Shown here in pieces: positions 1-8,198 of a stretch of 29,911 bases of DNA (position 1 is the stretch's first letter; every line of letters begins with the position of its first letter). A program made the position numbers and the translations under genes. Source of the stretch: Prevotellaceae bacterium (lineage in GTDB: Bacteria; Bacteroidota; Bacteroidia; Bacteroidales; UBA932); assembly GCA_031267155.1 (NCBI GenBank), contig JAIRZR010000274.1:1-29911 (forward strand), given 5' to 3'. The notes under the pieces were generated by a model that worked only from the letters and a program-made list of their open reading frames with translations, was not told the origin of the DNA and made no database searches.

Positions 1-1
1 A

Positions 2-109
2 TATCAATGGCTTCCTTTCAATGCATACAAAGATTTAATAACTTTGAGACATAACATAAACGACATTTTAATAAATGTCGGAATAAAATATAACATTAAT
101 TTTACATGA
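2..109 (+). CDS. 3' end of an AT-rich gene entering from the left edge (unknown product)
   Basis: Frame 2 is open from the window edge (YQWLPFNAYKDLITLRHNINDILINVGIKYNINFT) to TGA at 107-109. No family recognised. Confidence 0.4.
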   Translation, partial: YQWLPFNAYKDLITLRHNINDILINVGIKYNINFT

Positions 110-118
110 GTACTTATT

Positions 119-274
119 ATGGTAAAAACAAAAAGCGAATATGACGAAAAACTCATACAGACAAATGAACCGGAATTCCTGAGAAAAAAATTAAAAAGTG
201 TCAAAAAATATGCCGATAAAATTGAAGAGCAAATTAAAATATATGAAAATTTGGCAAATACTCAATTGGCTTAA
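119..274 (+). CDS. Small hypothetical protein, 51 aa, charged and probably helical (not in the ORF track)
   Basis: ATG at 119 to TAA at 272-274 gives MVKTKSEYDEKLIQTNEPEFLRKKLKSVKKYADKIEEQIKIYENLANTQLA. It is in the same frame as the upstream gene end and is followed by a strong hairpin. Confidence 0.45.
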   Translation: MVKTKSEYDEKLIQTNEPEFLRKKLKSVKKYADKIEEQIKIYENLANTQLA

Positions 275-345
275 TATTAATTAATTGGGAAGGAGTTATA
301 TGAAAGGGATGAAATATCGGTAGAAAACAGTCGAAAATCGGTAAG

Positions 346-395
346 AATCCCGTCAGTCCCCCATTAAGCATGCTTAATGGGGGACTGACGGGATT
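346..395. terminator. Perfect 50-bp palindrome, probable (bidirectional) terminator
   Basis: aatcccgtcagtcccccattaagca|tgcttaatgggggactgacgggatt is self-complementary. It is followed by a T-run (ggatttttg) and lies between convergent genes. Confidence 0.6.
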
Positions 396-639
396 TTTGA
401 TTCCGCAATGTTATATGCTTTTCTAAGCGAACAGGCTTGTCGGAATCTTTTCCTTATGCCATTCTGTTATATTCCTGATTTTATTACTCCCACACAAATA
501 ACGGTAGAACCACATTTTTATCTCACAATTTTAGCCCGTGCACAGTATAACAATAATTAAGAGTTTAAATTATGTTTTACGCAAGGATTAATAAGATAAA
601 AGTGTTTGACAACAGGGAGGGTTTTCTATGGTTTAATAA

Positions 640-708
640 ATATGCGGAGATGCAGGGATATGCAGGATTATTTGTCTGAATCAGAATTTACAGGATTACA
701 GGATTGCC
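640..708. repeat. Degenerate short tandem repeat of caggat(t/a) words
   Basis: tatgcggagatgcagggatatgcaggatta ... tttacaggattacaggattg. Confidence 0.45.
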
Positions 709-751
709 GGCGCAATGGCGACAGTGCATTGTCGATTTTGTGCATTTCGGT

Positions 752-975
752 AACTCCCGTAAGGAGTTGAATTTGGATATGACCGAGCAAGCGGAGTGCA
801 GCTCGGGGTACAGCATACACTCTCTACAACTCCGTAAGGACTTGAATCAAGCAGCAAACTTGAATAGCTCGCAGGGAATTAAACTCCTTCGGAGTTCTGA
901 CGGAACTTGGACCATTTACCCCGAACTGCGCTTCGCTTGCACGGGTTTATCAAAATTGGATGCTTACGACGTCAA
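752..975. repeat. REP/REPIN-like non-autonomous palindromic element, copy 1
   Basis: Three aactcc-N-ggagtt type hairpins (752-768, 828-843 imperfect, 882-896). Inner inverted arms are gagcaagcggagtgcagctcggggta and taccccgaactgcgcttcgcttgcac. Clearly related to 14135-14324. Confidence 0.7.
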
Positions 976-1056
976 AAGACACGAAGCATCTATACATTTT
1001 TATATCATAATTTTAGCCCGCGCCAGTATAATACTCTCCTGCATTATTCTGTCGTG

Positions 1057-2403
1057 TTAAAAGCAGAATCCCGCGCCAAATACATGTCGGAAACTTCCGA
1101 TATACGCTTCATACTCCTTTTTCATTGCAAAGCGGTACTGAAATGTGTATCGCAGGGCTACCGGTCCGATTTTGCCGAGCAGTCCGATTTGGGGCGATAT
1201 GGCATGATAGAAACTGAATTTCGGCTTATCGGAGTTTTCATTTTCATAGGCATACTCTCCGACGCCGGTGTATCCGGGACCGAAAAATATCCATACCGGG
1301 ACATATTTTCTTTCCGGTCTTACAGTCCAGCCGAAAGAAGCGTCGACTTCCGGTCTTTGCGCTTTTTCATAATTTGAACGCATTGCTTCAAACAGATCAG
1401 TGTTGAGTTGAAGCGTAAAAAATCCTCCCGTTTTACGGTTTTTATAACTTCCTGCCGAGATACCGATAGGCGCAGATTCCATCCATTCGTAAGTTAGCGC
1501 TGTAGTAGGCTGCACCTTTTCCTCGATTATGTTCAGGCGTTCGGTGGCTATCTGGAAGTGGTATGTTCCGCATCCTGTGGCTATTACTTTTTCGTACAGG
1601 GCTTTTGCACGTTCGACTTCATTCTGGTTGAAATATTTTTCGGCGTCCGAAAAGTACCTGATGCAGGACTGGTCTTTCTGCGCAATACATTCGGCGTAGC
1701 GTATTGCCACTCCCTCGTCTTCCTGATTGTAGCTAAGAATTTTCTGGTAACGGGTCAGAGCGTTTTCATAGTCCAGAATCTCGAAACTCCTGTCGGCGAT
1801 TTTCTTCAGTATCATGATGGAATCAATAACGGCGATTTTGCTTGCCGTATTTTCGTCGAGAGGCACATCGAAACATTTCACCGCCTGCCGGTACTTCTCC
1901 TTCGATTCGGTGTACGCGCCTTTCCGGAACAGTTCGAGCGCATCCTTGTACGCTTCAAGGTAACATTTCGGGGCGGTAACTATGTACGTCCTTGATTCCT
2001 TTGGCTGCAGGTTGAAGTCTTCAATCTCTGCCGAGGCCATTACCGGCGACATTATTTCCAGCGCTCTTTTTGCGTAGATATAGCCTGTCGGGAAGCGTAG
2101 CAGATACTGTACGGTCGAACCCACTTCGCGTCTGGAAACAATGTCCACTTTGGAGTCCATGCTCGATTCAAACGTCAGGCGCAGCAGAGTGTCGGCTACA
2201 ATGATGACGCATGCGTCCGTTTCGCCGACCGTACAGAGTCCCGAACTTGTTACAGTGTCCCGTTCGATAATCAGTTTTTGGGACATGGCGGGCAGACTGC
2301 TTAGACACAGCGCTGTCAGCAAAAGGAGAAAACTTTTGCCTTGTACCGGTTTTACTTTCCGGCTGCCGGTGCAGCCTTTCTTTTTGTAAAAATCAATAGT
2401 CAT
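1057..2403 (-). CDS. Exported TPR-containing protein with probable C-terminal outer-membrane beta-barrel region
   Basis: 448-aa ORF with a hydrophobic signal ending AMS-Q. Central TPR-like helices (YKDALELFRKGAYTESKEKYRQA; YENALTRYQKIL). The C-terminus has alternating aromatic beta-strands and ends GAGFCF. Confidence 0.8.
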   Translation of the reverse strand: MTIDFYKKKGCTGSRKVKPVQGKSFLLLLTALCLSSLPAMSQKLIIERDTVTSSGLCTVGETDACVIIVADTLLRLTFESSMDSKVDIVSRREVGSTVQYLLRFPTGYIYAKRALEIMSPVMASAEIEDFNLQPKESRTYIVTAPKCYLEAYKDALELFRKGAYTESKEKYRQAVKCFDVPLDENTASKIAVIDSIMILKKIADRSFEILDYENALTRYQKILSYNQEDEGVAIRYAECIAQKDQSCIRYFSDAEKYFNQNEVERAKALYEKVIATGCGTYHFQIATERLNIIEEKVQPTTALTYEWMESAPIGISAGSYKNRKTGGFFTLQLNTDLFEAMRSNYEKAQRPEVDASFGWTVRPERKYVPVWIFFGPGYTGVGEYAYENENSDKPKFSFYHAISPQIGLLGKIGPVALRYTFQYRFAMKKEYEAYIGSFRHVFGAGFCF

Positions 2404-2436
2404 AATATTTCAATTAATTTATATTTTAATACTTAT

Positions 2437-3435
2437 CTATCTGTTCAGTTTACCGAATGAGCCGACATGAAATCGTTCTTCGCGGGCAAGTTCCCTTCCG
2501 TTATATTTTTCGGGCTGCCATGTGCGGACATGTATAAGCGGATTGTCGTCATCTTTGAAATCAATCATGAGGAAGAGATATCCTACGTCGCTGTAGTTTG
2601 TTGTGTTCCATTTCTGTTTCAGGGTGACGCCGTATATTTCGCTGTACTTGGGATGCGTCATGACCTCGATGTCTTCAAATCCGATGTTGATGTATTTGTT
2701 GTTTGCAAAAATACCTTCAAGTTTGGCGACGTATTCCTGCTTGGTCTGTGTCTGGTAAACGATTTTCTCTGTTCCTATATTTTTGAGCACCTGGTCGGAA
2801 TTGGGCTTTTCCTTCACCACTTTTCCGGTTATGATCAGGGCATTGTTGCTGAACACCTTTTTGATATGGTCCAGGTCCCTGATATTGTACGAAGTCCGGA
2901 ACTGTTCGACAAAATCCAGTATCCTCATTCTCCGCGCGAGGTCTTCGACCGAGGCGTTGTTCAGCAGAATCTGGTCGATTCGCGCGTTGTCGACGGCGAC
3001 GAAAATATCGTCTATTTTGCCGCTTTTCGTGTAGTTAATCACCAGATTGTGTTCACGGTCTTCTTCCGGCGCGGCGAGTATGCTTACCGGAATGTCGCGC
3101 ACCTGATATCCTCCCTGCATCCGGTGGAGGCATTTCCGTTCCACATTCGATATCGGGCATATCATTTCGCTTGACGATTGCCACATCGAAAGCAGTGTCT
3201 GCGCCGCTTCGTCCGAGATGTCGATTCCCGAAGTATCGGGGAGTGTTCCTTCTATCATGCAGACGCTCATGGCTGTAAGCAGCAGTGAAGTGTTCAGTTC
3301 GATTTGCATTTTCGCAATTCCTTCCTCGATTCCTTCGGTGATGTGAAGCTGTGTGACTCCTTCCTGCGCGTACGTTCTGACTGTGAAAGTTACAGTCAGG
3401 AATAAAATAATTGACAATGTTCTTTTTAGTATCAT
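2437..3435 (-). CDS. Exported protein with C-terminal NTF2/SnoaL-like domain (conserved Bacteroidales hypothetical type)
   Basis: 332-aa ORF with signal ending TYA-Q. Motifs FVEQFRTSYNIRDLDHIKKVFSNNALIITG and YLFLMIDF...IHVRTWQP resemble Bacteroidales 'NTF2 family' hypotheticals. Confidence 0.75.
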   Translation of the reverse strand: MILKRTLSIILFLTVTFTVRTYAQEGVTQLHITEGIEEGIAKMQIELNTSLLLTAMSVCMIEGTLPDTSGIDISDEAAQTLLSMWQSSSEMICPISNVERKCLHRMQGGYQVRDIPVSILAAPEEDREHNLVINYTKSGKIDDIFVAVDNARIDQILLNNASVEDLARRMRILDFVEQFRTSYNIRDLDHIKKVFSNNALIITGKVVKEKPNSDQVLKNIGTEKIVYQTQTKQEYVAKLEGIFANNKYINIGFEDIEVMTHPKYSEIYGVTLKQKWNTTNYSDVGYLFLMIDFKDDDNPLIHVRTWQPEKYNGRELAREERFHVGSFGKLNR

Positions 3436-3441
3436 AATAAT

Positions 3442-4569
3442 TTAATTAACTGTTGAAAATAAATTCTTTATATTGTGCTGCGGGATGTTTGAATAAAATT
3501 CAGCCTGTAGCATTCCCCTGTCTTTGAAAACGGTATCCGTATCGGTTTTGACATTCAGCATGTGTATGTAGTTGAATTTTTTACTGTATACTATTACATA
3601 TACGTTCAGCATGTCCTGGTTTGCCGTTTCCACATGGCAGTAAATGCTTGATTCCGCCTGAAAGAAGCAGATGAAATCGCTTAGCTTCATTTCAAATTCG
3701 GGCGTGAAATTGCTGTACTGCCGGTGTTTTATGTGGAGCTGCAAACTTGTGTTCATATAGGGCAGCAGGAACAGGTTTTTCAGCGAAACTCCGGGATAGT
3801 CGGCGTCGTATACGGGCTGGAATTTTCCTTCGCTGTTCCTGAAGCAGCAGATGTCGGAGTTGAGCCTGGGCAAGATGAATGAGTCGCCTTTCCGTTCGAA
3901 AATCCTGCTGTTATGCGGGTTTACGCTCATTTCGTCTACATTGAAATCGATGATTCTTTTCTGCGATTCGCTGCAGTAGCTTGCCGGCAGCAATTCGCTG
4001 AGCGCCTCGTCCGATTCTTTTTTATTTGTACCGAATATGAGTTCGCGCGAAACGGGAAAAGTCATTTCGAAAGTCCCGTAAGCGTCCGGTTTCCATATAG
4101 CGGTATACTTTTTTTCGGTTTGCACGAGCGTAAAGTGAGTGGACATCTGCATTCTGTTCAGGATGTTCGAAAGGGCGGCGGGCGATAAACTGCTGTTTCC
4201 CGTCAGTTTCTTTTCTTCAAGATTGACGCCGTATTCTTCCAGTTTCCGGGACATTCCGGCAGCTGTTTTCTGTTGCAGCAGTTCCAGCAAAAAACGCTCA
4301 ATGAAACTGCATACGGGGAAATTGATCATCTCCTTGGCTTCCTGACTGAATAGCGATATGCCCAGATGAGCTACTTCGTTTTTACTGTTATATTTCACCG
4401 TCAGCGATTTTCCCCTGATTATTTCGGGACAGTCGAAAATGCTGTCCTTTGCGGGCAAACAGATTCCGGACACGTATTCTCCTATCTCCGCCAGCTTGTG
4501 CGACGCGTAGGTCTGAGCCGAGAGGGGAATGTAAATCAGGATAAATATATATGCAACATAAGATTTCAT
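3442..4569 (-). CDS. Exported conserved hypothetical protein
   Basis: 375-aa ORF with signal ending LSA-Q and gaps of 5-6 bp to both neighbours. Segment HLGISLFS...CSFIERFLLEL resembles uncharacterised Bacteroidales proteins. Confidence 0.8.
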   Translation of the reverse strand: MKSYVAYIFILIYIPLSAQTYASHKLAEIGEYVSGICLPAKDSIFDCPEIIRGKSLTVKYNSKNEVAHLGISLFSQEAKEMINFPVCSFIERFLLELLQQKTAAGMSRKLEEYGVNLEEKKLTGNSSLSPAALSNILNRMQMSTHFTLVQTEKKYTAIWKPDAYGTFEMTFPVSRELIFGTNKKESDEALSELLPASYCSESQKRIIDFNVDEMSVNPHNSRIFERKGDSFILPRLNSDICCFRNSEGKFQPVYDADYPGVSLKNLFLLPYMNTSLQLHIKHRQYSNFTPEFEMKLSDFICFFQAESSIYCHVETANQDMLNVYVIVYSKKFNYIHMLNVKTDTDTVFKDRGMLQAEFYSNIPQHNIKNLFSTVN

Positions 4570-4574
4570 TCGCT

Positions 4575-5375
4575 TTAATTTACTTTTCTTATTAAGAATA
4601 TTTTCCTTACATTACCGGCTTTATCATACAGGCGACCCTGCAGTATTTTACCGTTTTTGATTTCGCCTTCAAAATAATCTCCTGCCTTCGCGTCATACTG
4701 TTCTCCCGATTCGGTAGTGATGCGCGTGGGTTCGGAATAGATGATCTTCCTTTGTTTACCATCCTTTACCGGCTGTGTCGGCTTTACCGGTGGTACCGAC
4801 TGTGTCGGCGGTACTGGCGGTACTGGCGGTGTTGGCGGTACCGGAGGTACTGGTGGTGTTGGCGTTGTTGGCGGTACCGGCGTTGTTGGAGGTACCGGTG
4901 GTATTGCTGGTGTTGGCGGTACCGGAGGTACTGGTGGTGTTGGCGGATAAGATTTATTCAAAGAATCTACCATTTGCGCAATAGAAAAAGTGGAATCGCT
5001 GTTTGATTTTTGAGTACTTTTCTCGACTGTTTGCGACAGTACTTTCCGGTTGCTCTGTATTTTTTTTAGAGTCAGGCCTTCTCCCTGGGATGAGGAAGAG
5101 TTTCCCGAAATCGAATCGGACGCCTTTTTTTCACACTCCGCTATTTTTTGCTCAATTTCCTTTAATTCCTCCTTGCATTTTTTGATGCTGCTTATCAGTT
5201 CCGGCACCTCGCCCGATGATTCCTTTCTGATTTTATCATTCCTGTCACGGTAATCGCTCCATGCCTTGTCAATTTGAGACTGGAATTGCTTCTGACAGTC
5301 GCTTTGTGCACTGGATATAAAGCACAATAAGAAAAACGTCAGAAAAATAATTATTGCCTTCATTCTATTATTCAT
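4575..5375 (-). CDS. Exported protein: coiled coil, Pro-rich (PPVPP/PPTPP) linker, small C-terminal domain
   Basis: 266-aa ORF with signal ending SSA-Q, coiled-coil segment IKKCKEELKEIEQKIAECEKK, about 60 aa of Pro/Val/Thr repeats, and C-terminal GDYFEGEIKNGKILQGRLYD. Confidence 0.8.
   Translation of the reverse strand: MNNRMKAIIIFLTFFLLCFISSAQSDCQKQFQSQIDKAWSDYRDRNDKIRKESSGEVPELISSIKKCKEELKEIEQKIAECEKKASDSISGNSSSSQGEGLTLKKIQSNRKVLSQTVEKSTQKSNSDSTFSIAQMVDSLNKSYPPTPPVPPVPPTPAIPPVPPTTPVPPTTPTPPVPPVPPTPPVPPVPPTQSVPPVKPTQPVKDGKQRKIIYSEPTRITTESGEQYDAKAGDYFEGEIKNGKILQGRLYDKAGNVRKIFLIRKVN
4768..4947 (-). repeat. Intragenic tandem repeat encoding the PPVPPTP linker
   Basis: Degenerate 9-bp units. 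The block gttggcggtaccggaggtactggtggtgttggcg occurs at both 4831 and 4912. Confidence 0.85.
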
Positions 5376-5386
5376 TTTATTAATTG

Positions 5387-7483
5387 TTAATTATTAATTG
5401 TTAATTGTTCAATGCGTTTAGCGGTTTCATCATACTTGCACGGACCTTCGTAGATCTCGCCGTTGGCATACTTGATTTTACCAGTTTGCGCTTCGCCGTT
5501 TTTCCATATACCTTCATATATATCGCCATTTGCCATCGAATATTTTCCAGTACCATTTCTTTTTCCGTTTTTCCATTCACCCTCATACTGCTCGCCGCCG
5601 AGGTATGAAAATATCCCGTTTCCGTGAAATTTCCCGTTAAGGAAACCTCCCGTATAGACACCCATGCCGGGGACGGTGTATTTTCCCGTTCCATAATACT
5701 TGCTGTCTTTCCATTCGCCCAGATATTCGTACCCCGAGCTCAGTATGGCATGTCCGTAGCCGTTTGATTTGCCCGAAATATCCGTCCAGCCCTTGTATAC
5801 TCCGTTTCGATTTACGATTTCCTGATAGGAAAAACCCTGTGTGGCATACTCGAAGTTTTCACGGATTTCACGAATCAGGTTACTGCTGTCAGGGCTGGAC
5901 AGTGAAGATTTGGAAGTTTCGATTACTTTTCCGGCAAGTTTTTTATACGCCTGCTTATTGAAATCCTTTCGCGCATTTGTTTTTAAGAGGGATTTATAAT
6001 CTTCATTATTCAGCAGTTCTTCTTTCTTAAATTCCCTGTACCCGAACAGTTCGTTTCCTTTGGAGGCAAATGTGATACTGTATTCGGGATAAAGCCTGTA
6101 CAGTTTCATTGTCTTGCTTGACTGCTGTATGTCGGTTTTTTTGCTGTTCGAGCGTTCGGTATAGAATGTTTGTTCCAGAACCAGATTTGCACAGCCGGTA
6201 AACAGTCTTTTAATATGCATGTCCAGCGTTACTACTGTGGTTTTCGAGGCGGACAGCTCTGAAAACAGGAATGATATCCCCGCTACAACTATGTCGGTTA
6301 CAATATTATCCACCAGCATCCCGACCGTGTGCACGGCAGATTCGGCAAATCCCTTTTTGTTTTCCTTCAGTTCTTCGTCGCCAAAATACAGGGTAGCCGT
6401 ATTGCTGTCCCCGTGTATTTCCAGATTGTCTGTAATGGCTAAAAAGTTCCTCATTTCGATGGTATTGCCGGTCGAATACTTGACGGCGGAGGTCTGTCCC
6501 GACATGTTCGACAGTAAATACTGGAACGGATGTCCAGCGTACATGCCGTGCTTTTTTGCCAGTGTACAGTGAGGGAGAATGCGTGCAAAATACTTTGACT
6601 CTTTGTTCACTATCTCCAGAACCAGATACGGCAGTCCCCCTCCGTCTTCCGAATAGCCGGAGACCCAGATGCCGCACAAATCATCTTCGAACGGGATTTT
6701 GGTTACGGTTTTTGCTGCCCGGTTTGTATTGTCCATTTCGGACACAACCTGCTCGTGTATTTCGACGTATGATTCAAGCGTATTGATTGCTTCCTGCATT
6801 TTTACGGTATTGCCGGCCTTACCGTAAATGTTTGCCAGAAGCATGTTGGACTGCGCAAACAGCGGATGATTCGGCGACACAAGGCTGACAATCCGGTTAA
6901 GCAGGGTTCCGGCAATTCCGTAATTGTTTTCCGTAATGGCAGTCTGCGCCTTTTCCCACAGAGTGTTGATATCGGTGTCTTCGGTCACGCCGGGCGGAAG
7001 GTTTCCGGAATTTTCCGCAGGTGGATTTACTGCCGCAGGATTATCATCTTTCTTTATTTCCGAAGGTTTTGGCGGTTCGGCAAGCGCCTGCGAAAGGCTG
7101 CTGTCGGCAAGAGTGTTTTCGCTTTTCAATTTCTCCTCCAGACGTGCAACAGTGTTTTTCAAGGCGTCTGCATTTTTGTCTGCAGGATTCAGTTCCAGAT
7201 ATTTCCGATACAGTGGCAGCGCTAATTTAAGCGAAGCGAGGTTGTTTTCGTCTGCTGCATAAATATTCGCCAGCCTCAAATAGGGAGTGGGCAAATTCTG
7301 ATCAATGGAAAGAAGCGTTTTATAAATCTCTACGGCTTCTTCTTTTTTGTTACTTTTCTCGGCTTTTTGCGCTTTATAGTACATGTTTAAAACCTGTTCA
7401 CGGGTTACAAGTTCCTGTTGCTGCGCAAACATTTCAACCGAAATGCAAAATAATATGATTGATAATAATAACTTGTTTTTCAT
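5387..7483 (-). CDS. Exported TPR- and MORN-repeat protein
   Basis: 698-aa ORF with signal ending MFA-Q. N-terminal TPRs (EAVEIYKTLLSIDQNLPTPYLRLANIY) and C-terminal MORN repeats (YLGEWKDSKYYGTG, YTGGFLNGKFHGNG, YEGEWKNGKRNGTG, YEGIWKNG). Confidence 0.85.
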   Translation of the reverse strand: MKNKLLLSIILFCISVEMFAQQQELVTREQVLNMYYKAQKAEKSNKKEEAVEIYKTLLSIDQNLPTPYLRLANIYAADENNLASLKLALPLYRKYLELNPADKNADALKNTVARLEEKLKSENTLADSSLSQALAEPPKPSEIKKDDNPAAVNPPAENSGNLPPGVTEDTDINTLWEKAQTAITENNYGIAGTLLNRIVSLVSPNHPLFAQSNMLLANIYGKAGNTVKMQEAINTLESYVEIHEQVVSEMDNTNRAAKTVTKIPFEDDLCGIWVSGYSEDGGGLPYLVLEIVNKESKYFARILPHCTLAKKHGMYAGHPFQYLLSNMSGQTSAVKYSTGNTIEMRNFLAITDNLEIHGDSNTATLYFGDEELKENKKGFAESAVHTVGMLVDNIVTDIVVAGISFLFSELSASKTTVVTLDMHIKRLFTGCANLVLEQTFYTERSNSKKTDIQQSSKTMKLYRLYPEYSITFASKGNELFGYREFKKEELLNNEDYKSLLKTNARKDFNKQAYKKLAGKVIETSKSSLSSPDSSNLIREIRENFEYATQGFSYQEIVNRNGVYKGWTDISGKSNGYGHAILSSGYEYLGEWKDSKYYGTGKYTVPGMGVYTGGFLNGKFHGNGIFSYLGGEQYEGEWKNGKRNGTGKYSMANGDIYEGIWKNGEAQTGKIKYANGEIYEGPCKYDETAKRIEQLTINN

Positions 7484-7647
7484 AATGATATCTTTTTAAT
7501 CGTTATATATTTTTCATAATCTTGCTTTTCGTAAAAACAATATCAAAGCAGTTGTACGCTACTTGATTTCCAGGATCTTTATATGATAAAAGACACATAT
7601 TTTTACATTTTTTTACTTATTCTTTCTACTGTAACATTTTTCCGCGG

Positions 7648-7655
7648 CAAAGGTA
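7648..7655 (-). promoter_or_regulatory. Bacteroidetes sigma-A -7 element (TACCTTTG) for the five-gene operon
   Basis: caaaggta on the + strand reads TACCTTTG (TAnnTTTG) on the minus strand. A TTG lies 18 nt further upstream, and the site is about 165 bp before the 7483 start. Confidence 0.65.
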
Positions 7656-7815
7656 CGACTATTTTTTGATTTGCAATTATTTTTTACAGCTTTTTTATAC
7701 TTAGAATTACCAATATGTCATCCCTACGGGTGGGGTGTTAAAAATCCGGGTACAAATTTTAAAATTTACATCCTATAAATTATGATATGAGACTGTTTCC
7801 CATCCCGGGAAACTT

Positions 7816-7895
7816 TAGAGTTAAAAATTAAGAGTTAAGAACTAAAAGTGCTGGCGCGCGTTAGCTAACTTTTAACTTTTAGTTCTTGGCTCTAA
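7816..7895. repeat. Heptamer (AGTTAAG-type) repeat arms in inverted orientation
   Basis: agttaaa-aattaag-agttaag-aactaaa-agt, a short GC-rich spacer, then taacttttaacttttagttcttggctcta (the reverse-complement arm). Confidence 0.7.
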
Positions 7896-7957
7896 AAGTT
7901 CAGCCTTTGACTACGTCGAACTTGCGTTTCAGGCAGTGGCCGGAAGGTGAGCGTTTG

Positions 7958-8002
7958 CCGCAGGTCGCGACCTGCGGTTATGAAAATAAAGCCCTTCGGG
8001 CT
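7958..8002. repeat. REP-like GC-rich palindromes
   Basis: Perfect 20-bp palindrome ccgcaggtcgcgacctgcgg (7958-7977) followed by the hairpin agcccttcgggct. Confidence 0.65.
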
Positions 8003-8086
8003 ATCACGCCTCAAGAAAACTTTGAACGAATATTTTTTGAAACAATAACCGGATTTTAACAAAGAGTCTAAAAAAATCCTCACATC

Positions 8087-8163
8087 GTCATTGCAAGCGA
8101 AGCAAAGCAATCCAGAATACTGTTAATAACTATATTGCTTCGGGCTGTGTCTTCGTAATGATG
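8087..8163. repeat. GTCATT...GCAATC family palindromic repeat (degenerate)
   Basis: gtcattgcaagcgaagcaaagcaatcc ... tattgcttcgggctgtgtcttcgtaatgat. Confidence 0.65.
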
Positions 8164-8198
8164 GAAACTGACCATTTTTGGACACTCTCGAAAGCATT

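Noticed and set aside
4-204. 66-aa minus-strand ORF
   Set aside because: Low-complexity hydrophobic shadow of AT-rich plus-strand coding sequence.
704-1377. Plus-strand ORFs of 118 and 156 aa
   Set aside because: They run through the REP-like element and antisense to the 448-aa gene, with no protein-like motifs.
4741-5006. Gly/Thr-rich, Cys/Trp/Arg-rich and Val/Leu/Ala-rich plus-strand ORFs
   Set aside because: Alternative-frame readings of the Pro-rich repeat.
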